Source of the DNA: an uncultured Candidatus Saccharibacteria bacterium
GTDB taxonomy: Bacteria > Patescibacteriota > Minisyncoccia > Phycocordibacterales > UBA918
Assembly: GCA_964626635.1 (NCBI GenBank)
Contig: CAZVFY010000003.1
Span: forward strand, 7,449 to 71,448
Length of the DNA stretch: 64,000 bases
Direction of reading: 5' to 3'
Numbering within the stretch: the first letter of the stretch is position 1; each line of letters begins with the position of its first letter. Made by a program: the position numbers and the translations under genes. The notes beneath the pieces were generated by a model. It did no database searches. It saw only the letters and a list, made by a program, of their open reading frames with translations, and was not told where the DNA came from. Of the stretch, positions 36,493 to 45,996 are shown one piece after another.

Positions 36493-37873
36493 GGAGGATA
36501 CGCACTTGTTCGATCTCATCTTTTAGTTCGTGGTCGGTTTTGATCTCGTTTTTGATTTTTTCACACGAGTGGATAACGGTGGTGTGGTCGCGTCCGCCTA
36601 ACTTTTTACCAATGGCTGGGTACGAAATTTGGAAATCTTCCCGAAGAATATACATGATAATTTGCCGGGGTTTGACAACTTCTTTGCGGCGCGTCTTTTC
36701 GTAAATGCTGGCGTGGTCGATGTCAAAGTATCGCGCTACTTTCTCTACCACATCAGTAATAGCTAGCGTTTTGCGTGGCCGAGAGCTATTTTTGATGATG
36801 GTGCGGACTTCATCGAGCTCTAACACCTTACCGAGTAATTGTGACTGGCACAGGATGTTATTGAGGGCTCCCTCTAACTCGCGGACGTTCCCTTCAATAC
36901 TAGCGGCGAGGTGCTCGATCACATCATCAGCCAGTACGAGGCTGTGTTGTGATGCCTTGGCGCGCAAAATTGCAGCGCGCGACTCAATATCGGGGGCAGG
37001 CAAATCAACGATCATCCCCTGCGCAAAGCGTGACTGTAAACGCTCTTCCATGCCGTTTAATAAGGCTGGGTGGATGTCACTACTAAAGACAATTTGTTTG
37101 TTATTGTCGTGAAGTGCATTAAAGAGATGAAACAGCTCTTCCTGCGTTTTTTCTTTTTGAGCCAAGAATTGCACGTCGTCCATGATCAAGACGTCGTACT
37201 GTCGGTACTTGTCTTTGAAGCTGTTGGCACTACCGGTCTGTAGAGAGTTCATGTAATCGACCGTAAACCGTTCAGAGGTTACATAAAAGACTTTCTTGCC
37301 AGCCTTTTTCACCATGTTCCCAACCGCCTGGATCAGGTGAGTTTTACCGTGGCCAGTTTTACCGTAGATAAACAACGGATTATACGACATACCAGGCTTT
37401 TCCGCGACGGTTTTGGCGGCTGCGTGCGCCAGGGCGTTGTATGGACCAACTACAAACGTTTCAAACGAGTATTTCGGGTTGAGGTTGTCGTTTTTGTTGA
37501 CGTAGTACTCCTCAAGCGGCAAGGCGGCGTTGACGGTTTGATTTTTGGTTGATTCTTGTTTGCGTTCGTTACGCTGCGCTACGATGTACTCGACACTGCG
37601 TACATGCGGGGTCAAATCGCGCAGGGTTTTAAGTATCAGCGTGTGAAATTTGTCCTGCAACCAGTCTTTGACAAAGATACTAGGCACCCCAATAGTGACG
37701 GTGCCGTCTTCGAGCGTGACAATGTGTGTGTCACGGAACCAGGTCTTAAAATTAGCGGTAGTGATTGAAAGTTCAATTTTGACCAGGGCGTCATTCCATA
37801 GCTGCTTTACGTTCACCTGTTCAGTTTTCACAATACTATTTGGTTTTGAAAGTGAAGTTAATACCGGATTCAT
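36485..37873 (-). CDS. dnaA: Chromosomal replication initiator DnaA
   Basis: Walker A GKTGHGKTHL, box VII, C-terminal DnaA-box-binding HTH (DHTTVIHSCEKI). Start placed at the internal ATG (MNPVL), because the upstream in-frame extension overlaps DnaA boxes. Confidence 0.9.
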   Translation of the reverse strand: MNPVLTSLSKPNSIVKTEQVNVKQLWNDALVKIELSITTANFKTWFRDTHIVTLEDGTVTIGVPSIFVKDWLQDKFHTLILKTLRDLTPHVRSVEYIVAQRNERKQESTKNQTVNAALPLEEYYVNKNDNLNPKYSFETFVVGPYNALAHAAAKTVAEKPGMSYNPLFIYGKTGHGKTHLIQAVGNMVKKAGKKVFYVTSERFTVDYMNSLQTGSANSFKDKYRQYDVLIMDDVQFLAQKEKTQEELFHLFNALHDNNKQIVFSSDIHPALLNGMEERLQSRFAQGMIVDLPAPDIESRAAILRAKASQHSLVLADDVIEHLAASIEGNVRELEGALNNILCQSQLLGKVLELDEVRTIIKNSSRPRKTLAITDVVEKVARYFDIDHASIYEKTRRKEVVKPRQIIMYILREDFQISYPAIGKKLGGRDHTTVIHSCEKIKNEIKTDHELKDEIEQVRILLK

Positions 37874-38104
37874 AGATAGTAAAAGTATACGGCTAATGTA
37901 AAAAGATTCCAACGCTTGGCAGACACGCATAGAACGCGTTTGTTTTAATACCCCAAACTGTGGATTAGTAATGCAACTGGGGATAAATTGGGGATAAGTA
38001 GTGAACAAATTGATTTATGTATGTACTTGTTGCTTTAAACGAGCACAACAGCTTGCAAAGCCAGGATATTTTGATATGGTTCTAGGCACACACAATAATT
38101 TCCT
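37874..38104. promoter_or_regulatory. oriC candidate between dnaA and rpmH: DnaA boxes TGTGGATTA (37959), TGGGGATAA (37978), TGGGGATAA (37989) next to an AT-rich segment
   Basis: Three close matches to the TTATCCACA reverse complement within 40 bp. More boxes (TGGGGATAG, TCTATCCAC) lie in the dnaA-dnaN spacer at 36161..36484. Confidence 0.55.
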
Positions 38105-38254
38105 ATGCCAAAACGAACCTATCAACCAAAAAAGCGTAAGCGAGCTAAAACGCATGGATTTCTCGTGCGTACCGCCACGCCGAGTGGCCGCAAGATCGTC
38201 CAAGCCCGCCGCCGCAAGGGCCGCCACCAGCTGACAGTCAAAAAAGCGCGCTAG
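38105..38254 (+). CDS. rpmH: 50S ribosomal protein L34
   Basis: [49 protein letters not shown]. Missed by the ORF track because it is under 60 aa. Followed by a terminator-like palindrome. Confidence 0.85.
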   Translation: MPKRTYQPKKRKRAKTHGFLVRTATPSGRKIVQARRRKGRHQLTVKKAR

Positions 38255-38329
38255 CGCTTTTTTCGTAGTAATCGTGCTCACAATGGTGCGTGACGATCCA
38301 TTGCTGGGTACTATATTAAATTAATAGGT

Positions 38330-38665
38330 ATGTTCAAAAAGTCACACCGATTAACTCGCTCTGCGTTCACTACCACCTTCCAGCAGGGTAAACGGTTCCA
38401 CTTCCCTACCCACACCATCATTATTGCTCCCCACGACACCCTTGCTGTGGCGGTAGTGACAAGTAAAAAGGTGGCGCGTTTGGCGGTATTGCGCAACCGT
38501 CTACGACGAAGAGCGTACGCCGCTATGTGTAACGCTGTGCTGCCGCCGGCGCAGTACATTGTGCTACTTAAACCTACGTTTGCGGCCCTCTCGCGTCGTC
38601 AGCAGCAAGCTACTATCAGTGACTCACTTGCCCGAACCATAAAACCCAGTACACTGACCCCATGA
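38330..38665 (+). CDS. rnpA: RNase P protein component
   Basis: RLTRSAFTTTF and VVTSKKVARLAVLRNRLRRR (RNR motif). Follows rpmH. Confidence 0.8.
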   Translation: MFKKSHRLTRSAFTTTFQQGKRFHFPTHTIIIAPHDTLAVAVVTSKKVARLAVLRNRLRRRAYAAMCNAVLPPAQYIVLLKPTFAALSRRQQQATISDSLARTIKPSTLTP

Positions 38666-39405
38666 GTTTTATTTGGCACACGTTTTTCTACGATCCGGTC
38701 TATAACGCCCTGGTATTTTTTATTAATGTATTCCCTGACGGCGATATCGGTCTAGCGATCATCGCGACAGTGGTGCTGGTCAAGATGATCTTGCTGCCTT
38801 TATCAATCAAGGCCGCCAAAACGCAGCGGATCATGCGCGAGATCGAGCCGCGCCTCAAGGCATTAAAAGAAGAGTTCAAAGACGACCGCCAACGCCAAGC
38901 AGCGGAAATGATGACAATCTATAAAGAAGCGGGGATGAATCCGTTCGCGAGCTTTTTGGTAATTCTTCTCCAATTACCAATCTTTATTGCGCTCTATTTT
39001 GCAGTCTCTAGTTTGGTCGACGTAGCCGAAGATGGTTTGATCAGTATCAATTTTGATCCAGATATCTTGTATACGTTTGTCGAGGTACCGGCTGAGGCGA
39101 CTACCCTATTACTTGGAGTGTTTGACGTTGCGTCGCGTAGCTTGCCACTCGCGATCCTGGCTGGAGCGACGATGTTTTTGCAGATGAAACTGACGCTACC
39201 GGTACTCCCGCCCAAGGAAGCTGGCGCCAAGCCAGATTTCAAGGACGATTTTATGCGCAACATGCAAGTGCAGATGAAGTACGTAATGCCGGTAGTGATC
39301 ACGGTGATCGCGTACCTATTCCCGACCGCTATCATCTCGCTCTACTTTGCGGTTAGCAATATCACTGCGATCGCGCAGGAGTACTGGGTGAGAAGACATC
39401 GGTAA
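38662..39405 (+). CDS. yidC: Membrane protein insertase YidC (short Gram-positive-type)
   Basis: KAAKTQRIMREIEPRLKALKEEFKDDRQRQAAEMMTIYKEAGMNPF conserved region. 5 TM. Confidence 0.8.
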   Translation: MSFIWHTFFYDPVYNALVFFINVFPDGDIGLAIIATVVLVKMILLPLSIKAAKTQRIMREIEPRLKALKEEFKDDRQRQAAEMMTIYKEAGMNPFASFLVILLQLPIFIALYFAVSSLVDVAEDGLISINFDPDILYTFVEVPAEATTLLLGVFDVASRSLPLAILAGATMFLQMKLTLPVLPPKEAGAKPDFKDDFMRNMQVQMKYVMPVVITVIAYLFPTAIISLYFAVSNITAIAQEYWVRRHR

Positions 39406-39410
39406 TCAAC

Positions 39411-40337
39411 CTATGATCCATCTACACACGTCGCATAGCCGCTTTGTGGATCGTACACTAGTTCAATAGCGGAATTTTCATTTGCTTGCGCGTACGCACT
39501 ACATATGCCCTCTAACTGAGATTCAAACCCATCAGGATAGCCATTAGCTGCTGACGGTACACCATCAGGCAATGGAGTTTTCACTGCAAAAATTATCCCT
39601 TCTTCAGTAACAGCGAGATCTTCTTGAATTTGGACTAATACGTTTTCTTCAACTTCATAAGGGTTAATGTATATAGGGTATCTATTTAATACGGAATTGA
39701 TGACATTAGAATTTACGTTTCCATCACCATTAATTAAGTTTTCTTCTACTATATCTAATGCAGCATTATCCCTTTCAAAACAGCGTATCTCATTACTGCC
39801 GGTAGAAGGTCTTTGAATTATATTACCGTTTAGTGCACAGTCTCTTGAGTAGGCTAATTGATCTTGGTTTGAAGCTGTTCCAGGTATGTATGAATAACCG
39901 TCTTCCTGAATAACAATAGCTTCAAAAGCTCTGACATTCTCCCTCACCACCGGTCCCAAATTCCTAGTCTGTTCAATATTTAACTCAAACCGTGTTAAAT
40001 CAGGATTGATCACCGTCAGGATCAAAACGGCGGACAGCACCAGCACCAGACCAAACACTGCCCCTTTGATGTCTTTCTTAGCATCTCCCTTGTCGGTGGC
40101 GATGTCGGTGAACATATATTTAACACCGGCAATGATGATTTTGATCACCGCCAGTAGCGCCGCCAGGCTGATAGCCAGACCATACACGGCATTGATGTAG
40201 GTATTGAAATCCGCATTCCCTTCTAGTCCCGGGATCCCGACCAGCGGCGTAAAGGTCTGTGCCCAGGCTAGGCCTGGTAGTAGCCAGACAGCGAGGACTG
40301 CGAGCGCAAAGGTTAGATGGTGGTGTCGAATTGCCAT
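39411..40337 (-). CDS. Membrane/secreted protein with an N-terminal VirB2/TrbC-pilin-like segment (signal peptide plus two hydrophobic helices) and a C-terminal extension
   Basis: MAIRHHHLTFALAVLAVWLLPGLAWA, then LAISLAALLAVIKIIIAGVKYMF ... AVFGLVLVLSAVLILTVI. Last gene of the T4SS-like operon. Confidence 0.4.
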   Translation of the reverse strand: MAIRHHHLTFALAVLAVWLLPGLAWAQTFTPLVGIPGLEGNADFNTYINAVYGLAISLAALLAVIKIIIAGVKYMFTDIATDKGDAKKDIKGAVFGLVLVLSAVLILTVINPDLTRFELNIEQTRNLGPVVRENVRAFEAIVIQEDGYSYIPGTASNQDQLAYSRDCALNGNIIQRPSTGSNEIRCFERDNAALDIVEENLINGDGNVNSNVINSVLNRYPIYINPYEVEENVLVQIQEDLAVTEEGIIFAVKTPLPDGVPSAANGYPDGFESQLEGICSAYAQANENSAIELVYDPQSGYATCVDGS

Positions 40338-41491
40338 AACGTGTTGTCTGATTTGTTGATAAAGTGTAGCACCTCGCCGGACTCCGTCAGCGTCGGGCGA
40401 ACGACATCGATCCTCTGCCCCGCTACATCAGACAGGTTGGACAGTAAACTGGCCGAGCCAAACTGCGCGTTCACTTCCCACAACGCATCCGTCGTCTGTA
40501 GCGCACCGCGATACCATGGGTCCGGCATAGCGCCGGGGTAAGACTCGAAACTGCCACCACACAGCGCATTCACGCTGCCGCGGACAAAGGTGCACTTTTC
40601 AGGAATAAACGAGAGTGGTGCGAGGGTGTTTTGGTCCGTCTCGGGGTCGTACAGATTGGTGGTGTACAACCGGTCAACGATGCTGCTGCTCAGTACCGCC
40701 AGTTCGTTACCAACCGCCGAGAATCCGTATCCAGATACAGGCAGTCGATCCCCGGCTCCGTCGGTGTACATGTACAGCATGCCTTCTAGTCGGCTGTTAG
40801 CTCGGGGATAGACATAATGCGGTCCGGCAGTAGATTCGTGCCAGTCAATGGTGATATCGCGAAGTGGTACAGAAAAGGCGGTACGGGTGGTGTTTTCCGC
40901 TGGATTGAACACTCGCACGATAGTCTCACCGGCATTAGCTACGGCATACATAAACTCGTTCTCGTCGGTAACGGTAAAATCAAAGATTGGATCTGTCAGC
41001 GCAAAGTTGACCAGTGATTCTGTGTTCGGAGTGATGGTGCCCATGATGTACTCGGTTTCGCCATTCCTGATTGCTTTTAACATGATGTATCCCCCATTAG
41101 GAGTAATAGCCGCACGCTGCACGAATGGAATGGTGGTGCCAGATAGACGGGTCCGCTCGCCACTGCTGGTATTGATGGAGAACACATGACCGGTTCCAGC
41201 TTGAGCGTAATATATTTGGCCGGTAGTGCTGGTACCGATACGAATACTTTGGAAACCAGCAACAGGATCGGTCGTTAGCTGTTGGAGGGCGATGGTATCA
41301 CTGATAGCAACTATTGGCTCGGTTACACCAGTTGGCACCGTTGCCCCTACGTTTGGATCTGTCACATCCGTCCCGAATTGTGGCTCATTAGGCACTGTAG
41401 GACTACTATGAGTTATCAATAAGTACGTCCACAAACCAATCAATAGCAGTACAATTAGTAATCCAACAATAATTAGCAATGATCGTTTCAT
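40313..41491 (-). CDS. Secreted beta-propeller-like protein (392 aa)
   Basis: N-terminal anchor/signal and repeated beta-strand-rich segments. Confidence 0.45.
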   Translation of the reverse strand: MKRSLLIIVGLLIVLLLIGLWTYLLITHSSPTVPNEPQFGTDVTDPNVGATVPTGVTEPIVAISDTIALQQLTTDPVAGFQSIRIGTSTTGQIYYAQAGTGHVFSINTSSGERTRLSGTTIPFVQRAAITPNGGYIMLKAIRNGETEYIMGTITPNTESLVNFALTDPIFDFTVTDENEFMYAVANAGETIVRVFNPAENTTRTAFSVPLRDITIDWHESTAGPHYVYPRANSRLEGMLYMYTDGAGDRLPVSGYGFSAVGNELAVLSSSIVDRLYTTNLYDPETDQNTLAPLSFIPEKCTFVRGSVNALCGGSFESYPGAMPDPWYRGALQTTDALWEVNAQFGSASLLSNLSDVAGQRIDVVRPTLTESGEVLHFINKSDNTLWQFDTTI

Positions 41492-41493
41492 AT

Positions 41494-42507
41494 TTAAAAG
41501 CGGAGAATCAATTGTTCCTCGTCACCCTGGAGTACCTGTTGTAATGACCGGACATGAAAACCAAGCGACACACGACGCTGTCCCGCTGGCTGGCGCAGGG
41601 TGATTAGGTAGGGGTTTTGGGTGTTGTTGCTGGTGGTCTGACTGTTGATTTGCCATTCTGATACATCGGGGTTGTTGTAGACGCGAATATCGAGATTAAA
41701 TGGCTCGGCTCGTACAGTCATTGTGTTACCAATCACCGTTTGCTCGGGGCGTAATGGTGTTTGTTGGAGGCCGTAAAGCGAGTGTTGCTCGTAAAATAGT
41801 AGCTCTGGTTCACCAATCTCGACCATTTTACCCGCTTTGCCGACCACAACACCGTTTAGGGTGCTAACGGTTACTGTCACCGCTACTCGACCACCACGTG
41901 GCGTGAGAAAGGACGTTTTATGTCTGCCACGAACTGCTCCACCTTCTAGCACTTGCTGGCCGACACGCCATTCGTACACGTGAGTAGCGGGATCAATAAA
42001 TGAACCATCGTTCACTATTGCGGTCACATTGACAACACTACTAAAACTAGGCAGTCCTCGTCCGGCGTACCAGTCAGGGACACGAGTTTGCGGTTCGACG
42101 ACAATATCGGTATAAGTCGGTATAAAAGACGCCGTGAGCGTCTGCTCTGTGCCGCTACCACGAGTGAGGGTGGCGGTGAGAGTTTGTGGCGTACCAACTG
42201 TTCCAGCCACAACCTCTATCTGTCTACGATTGGTGGCTGTTTCTATCAACACACCGTCGAGTCGCCAGGTTACTTGTGGCCCGGTTATGCCACTCGAGTA
42301 ATCATTTAAGGTCGCTGTCACTACAGTGCCGGGTGTAGGCCTAATCTGATCGAGTACGATCTCGTCAGCGATACCTAGTCCTAAGCTATCCGTTGCAAAT
42401 TGTCCTTGCGCGACCTCCGGCGTGAGCCAGGTGATCAGTCCGGCTATAATTCCCCACACCACCAGCAATACACCTTTTGATAGACTGCGAACAAATATTG
42501 TGCCCAT
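41494..42507 (-). CDS. Secreted protein (337 aa, Ig-like/Thr-rich)
   Basis: Signal peptide. In the operon. Confidence 0.45.
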   Translation of the reverse strand: MGTIFVRSLSKGVLLVVWGIIAGLITWLTPEVAQGQFATDSLGLGIADEIVLDQIRPTPGTVVTATLNDYSSGITGPQVTWRLDGVLIETATNRRQIEVVAGTVGTPQTLTATLTRGSGTEQTLTASFIPTYTDIVVEPQTRVPDWYAGRGLPSFSSVVNVTAIVNDGSFIDPATHVYEWRVGQQVLEGGAVRGRHKTSFLTPRGGRVAVTVTVSTLNGVVVGKAGKMVEIGEPELLFYEQHSLYGLQQTPLRPEQTVIGNTMTVRAEPFNLDIRVYNNPDVSEWQINSQTTSNNTQNPYLITLRQPAGQRRVSLGFHVRSLQQVLQGDEEQLILRF

Positions 42508-42564
42508 ATAGTATTACTAATAGTAACAGAGCGTTCTATCTGGATTTGGGCTCGCTGTGCGTAT

Positions 42565-44352
42565 CTACTGGGCCGATAGTTCGGCTCGCGCTTCACGAAT
42601 CTTCATCAGCTGTCCTGGATCAGTGGTAATGATTTGGTCTTCAGTGTAACTGGCAATGATTTTGATGGCCACATGCTTGAGACCCACGAAGAAGATACCT
42701 TCCCCTACTCCCGATTCGAGTAATAAGTATTTCTCCTCATCAGTTAGATTGAAAGTCTTTTGAATATTATCAATTGCCGTAGGCGATTGCTTCATCAATA
42801 GTTGCATGCTGGAGTTGGTGATCATCGGTACTCCGTATGGGCTACGTAAAAAGTCGTCCACGTCCTGCGTGATGGTCGCAATGCCGAGGTAGTATTTGCG
42901 GCCACGCTTGGCGAGGGAGAACAAAAACGAGGCCGTATCTTCGCTTTTCATCATCCACCACGCCTCGTCGATTACCATCAGGCGCTTTTTCAGATTGCGT
43001 CGGATGCTGCCCCAGATAAAGTGAGTGACGATGTACATGGCGATAGTCTTGAGCTCATCCTCCATGTCGCGCAGCGAGAACACCACAAATTTTTGATTGA
43101 TATCAACATTCGTGGATTTATTCATGAATCCGGCCCAAGTGCCCGAGGTGTACTTTTGAATGCGTGAAATGAGCGATTGTGAGCCTTCCATTCCAGCTAA
43201 CACCATTTCAAAATCAGATAGTAGCGGCGGTTCCATACCAGTAAAATCAACCTCACCGGTAATGTCTTTGAGGGCGTAGGTTTCTTGGAGGGCGAGATCG
43301 ACCAATGTCTCTTCTTCTGGTGTCAAGCCGCCGAGCATTAGTCTAAATAGTCCGATCATCTCGATGATGTGGGTGCGTAGCACGTCGCGCGGGTCCTCAT
43401 CACTGGCTGGCGGCGGTAAATCAAACGGATTGACGTGGTGGTTACTAGAAAGCGAAATATTAAAGAACCGACCACCGGTCGCTTCGGCCAAATACTCATA
43501 CTCACGTTCGGGGTCGAGCACGATTACTTCGGTGCCGAACATAAGTGAGCGCAAAATTTCTAACTTAAGGCCATAGGACTTACCGGCCCCGGAGGTAGCG
43601 AATGTGACCGAGTTATAGTTCGTCAGTGAATACCGGTCAAACAATATGAGCGACGAATTGTGGCGATTGATCCCGTACAAAATCCCGGTGTCAGAGGTTA
43701 GGTCAAATGAAGTGAATGGGAAGAAGCTCGATAACGGTGACGAGTTAAATTTGCTGTGCACCTGCAGGATATCATCATTGAGCGGAAAGACGCTTTTGAT
43801 ACCCTGTTCCTGCTGGAAGAGCGCCGGCTTCATACTGACTAACTTGGCATCCAAAATCCCCCGCAGATCATTCTCAACTTTATTGATTTCGCTTTCATTT
43901 TCACCGTACAGCGAGACGTAAAAGCCGACATTAAATAACTTTTCCTCGGCTTGTTGGAGTTTGTCACGCAAATCCTCTAGATTACGGTACGAGGCTTCTA
44001 GTTGCGGATCGCGGACTTCACCTCGTTCGGCCTTGGTCATAATCTGGCTTTGCACCTCGGCAACTTTCTTCTGGAATTTTTTGAGGGTTTCAGCGGTGTC
44101 AATCGGGTGAATGAAAATAGACACATCTAGTTCTTTGGCCAAGTTCAGTACCGGTTCGATCCAGCCGTCGCTCAGGTAACGAGGGTATGCCACCGCGTAG
44201 TACGTGCGGGCGTTAACGCCCGAGATATTAATACTGCGCGGTTTGATCTTGATCGCGGCCGGAGAGATCACATCAGTCAGTGTCAAGAGCTGCCCCGCCA
44301 AGGCCTCAGTAGTAGTGTCGGCGCTCGGACGCAAGAAATCAAATGTACTCAT
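42565..44352 (-). CDS. VirB4/TrbE/CagE-family type IV secretion ATPase (short form)
   Basis: Walker A FATSGAGKSY, Walker B RLMVIDEAWWMM, C-terminal ATPase fold. 595 aa. Confidence 0.8.
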   Translation of the reverse strand: MSTFDFLRPSADTTTEALAGQLLTLTDVISPAAIKIKPRSINISGVNARTYYAVAYPRYLSDGWIEPVLNLAKELDVSIFIHPIDTAETLKKFQKKVAEVQSQIMTKAERGEVRDPQLEASYRNLEDLRDKLQQAEEKLFNVGFYVSLYGENESEINKVENDLRGILDAKLVSMKPALFQQEQGIKSVFPLNDDILQVHSKFNSSPLSSFFPFTSFDLTSDTGILYGINRHNSSLILFDRYSLTNYNSVTFATSGAGKSYGLKLEILRSLMFGTEVIVLDPEREYEYLAEATGGRFFNISLSSNHHVNPFDLPPPASDEDPRDVLRTHIIEMIGLFRLMLGGLTPEEETLVDLALQETYALKDITGEVDFTGMEPPLLSDFEMVLAGMEGSQSLISRIQKYTSGTWAGFMNKSTNVDINQKFVVFSLRDMEDELKTIAMYIVTHFIWGSIRRNLKKRLMVIDEAWWMMKSEDTASFLFSLAKRGRKYYLGIATITQDVDDFLRSPYGVPMITNSSMQLLMKQSPTAIDNIQKTFNLTDEEKYLLLESGVGEGIFFVGLKHVAIKIIASYTEDQIITTDPGQLMKIREARAELSAQ

Positions 44353-44375
44353 ATTGATCTAGTATACACCCCGCA

Positions 44376-45011
44376 CTACGATTGTGTTGCCGGTGCCGTA
44401 CCGGTGGTATCAGCTGGGTTATATAAATGGTAGAAGAGCTCTACTAACTCGTCGCGCCCGAGCGGCATGGTGCGGACCCCGACACTAGCCAGTCCCTGAG
44501 TCACGAGTGACGCGCGTTGTTCCAGTTGCAGTCGGTGTTCTTCAAACTGTTGGTCATCGGTATTCACAGCTGTCTTGGAGCCGCTGAATATGTTGGTGAA
44601 TTTATTGGCGACGTTTAGTTTAGTCGGTGAGTACGGCACTACAATAAAAAAGCTTTTACTCATAACATCAGTATCATTAGTAAAGCTTCTAATAAATTCG
44701 ATGTATTCCGCGAGCTGCACGCGCATCAAATCGTTATTTTGTTTACCTTGTAGATTATCTAATACTTCGAGATACGGCTCGATGTTTAACTTGCGGGACT
44801 GGACACAGATCTGTAAAGAGAAATCAAGCGTGTTCAAGAAATTTTGAAACTGCAGCAAAATTGCGCGCTGCTCATCGTAGGATTTGAGCGCAAAGTTAAT
44901 TGAAGACGCCAAGATCACCAGACACATCTCGCCATTTTTCTTAATTATCACCCCGTCTCGAATGTTTTTGATCGGGACAAAGTTCTGCGTACTGGTTGCG
45001 GTGGTGGCCAT
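44376..45011 (-). CDS. Hypothetical cytoplasmic protein of the T4SS-like operon (211 aa)
   Basis: Intact ORF. No motif. Confidence 0.45.
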   Translation of the reverse strand: MATTATSTQNFVPIKNIRDGVIIKKNGEMCLVILASSINFALKSYDEQRAILLQFQNFLNTLDFSLQICVQSRKLNIEPYLEVLDNLQGKQNNDLMRVQLAEYIEFIRSFTNDTDVMSKSFFIVVPYSPTKLNVANKFTNIFSGSKTAVNTDDQQFEEHRLQLEQRASLVTQGLASVGVRTMPLGRDELVELFYHLYNPADTTGTAPATQS

Positions 45012-45022
45012 AGTGCTGCGGA

Positions 45023-45460
45023 TTAGTCTTTTTGAAGAGCTTTTAATTCGAGATCTCTCGTCAGTGAGGTGATACTTTTATGAGTGTTGCCCCGGTTTTG
45101 TGAGTTCACAAGCGGGTTGCTATTTGCTCTATTAGAACTAGTCGTATCGCGATAGACAATCCCCTCTTTTTGCCGCCAGAGATACAGCCGACTGCTTGTA
45201 AAATAGGTCCAAATGGCCTCGAGAAAATACGAGAATGGCCGGTTATTGATTGGATAAAACGACAATGCTCCCACCAGTAGCAGCACCGGGATACTCAGTA
45301 GCACGGCTAGGAATAAGTCAAAGACAATAAACATGATGACGAAGAACCCGATCCCGCCACCGAGGTACACTGCCTGACGCCAGGTGAAGGGGCCGAAAAT
45401 TTTATCTTCGATATCAATGAACTGTGGTACCGCAAAACGCATACGTTCGTAGTATATCAT
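45023..45460 (-). CDS. PrgI/VirB3-like small membrane protein
   Basis: 145 aa with a hydrophobic hairpin FFVIMFIVFDLFLAVLLSIPVLLLVGALSF. Adjacent to VirB4, as in Gram-positive T4SS. Confidence 0.45.
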   Translation of the reverse strand: MIYYERMRFAVPQFIDIEDKIFGPFTWRQAVYLGGGIGFFVIMFIVFDLFLAVLLSIPVLLLVGALSFYPINNRPFSYFLEAIWTYFTSSRLYLWRQKEGIVYRDTTSSNRANSNPLVNSQNRGNTHKSITSLTRDLELKALQKD

Positions 45461-45489
45461 CCACGCGTGCAGCTGTGGCAGGGTAATTA

Positions 45490-45993
45490 TTACACGCGGG
45501 GGTTGCCCTCGCCCGAGCCGGATTGCCGACTACCGAGCAGGTCCGCCTGCGGGATACTGGCGTGGGTGTTCGGGTCTGCTGCCGCGGCGTGGTCTCGTGC
45601 GCGCCCGGCGTCACCGGCCATGGTGCGGATGGGTTGCAGCTGCGCAAGAGCTTGTTCCATTTCGGCAATTTCAGCGGCGGTGCTGGTGGCGGTGTGACTC
45701 GCAGGTTGATGTAATGGTTGCAAGAAATCAGCTACCTCAGCAGTGATCGTCAACGCCTCTGCATGTGTGATACCTAGTCTCTCGACTAACAGTTCTAGTA
45801 GTTTATCCTGTGGGACGAGACCGAGGATGACGTCGCCAACGGCGACGGCAAATTCTGTAATCTTATCATTTATTAAACCATTCTTTGCACCTAGATCAGT
45901 AAGTTTTAAACTGGTTTCCGAAGAGTCGTACATCTCTCTTGCAACCCCGGTTAATTGCTCATAAGTATTAATCCTTTGTTCGAAATTAATCAT
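45490..45993 (-). CDS. Hypothetical protein (167 aa)
   Basis: Intact ORF in the operon. Confidence 0.4.
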   Translation of the reverse strand: MINFEQRINTYEQLTGVAREMYDSSETSLKLTDLGAKNGLINDKITEFAVAVGDVILGLVPQDKLLELLVERLGITHAEALTITAEVADFLQPLHQPASHTATSTAAEIAEMEQALAQLQPIRTMAGDAGRARDHAAAADPNTHASIPQADLLGSRQSGSGEGNPRV

Positions 45994-45996
45994 ACG

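Noticed and set aside
38001-38234. 77-aa ORF MNKLIYVCTCCFKRAQQ...
   Set aside because: A different frame of the same region encodes a perfect ribosomal protein L34 (38105..38254). The 77-aa ORF would also start inside the DnaA-box cluster.
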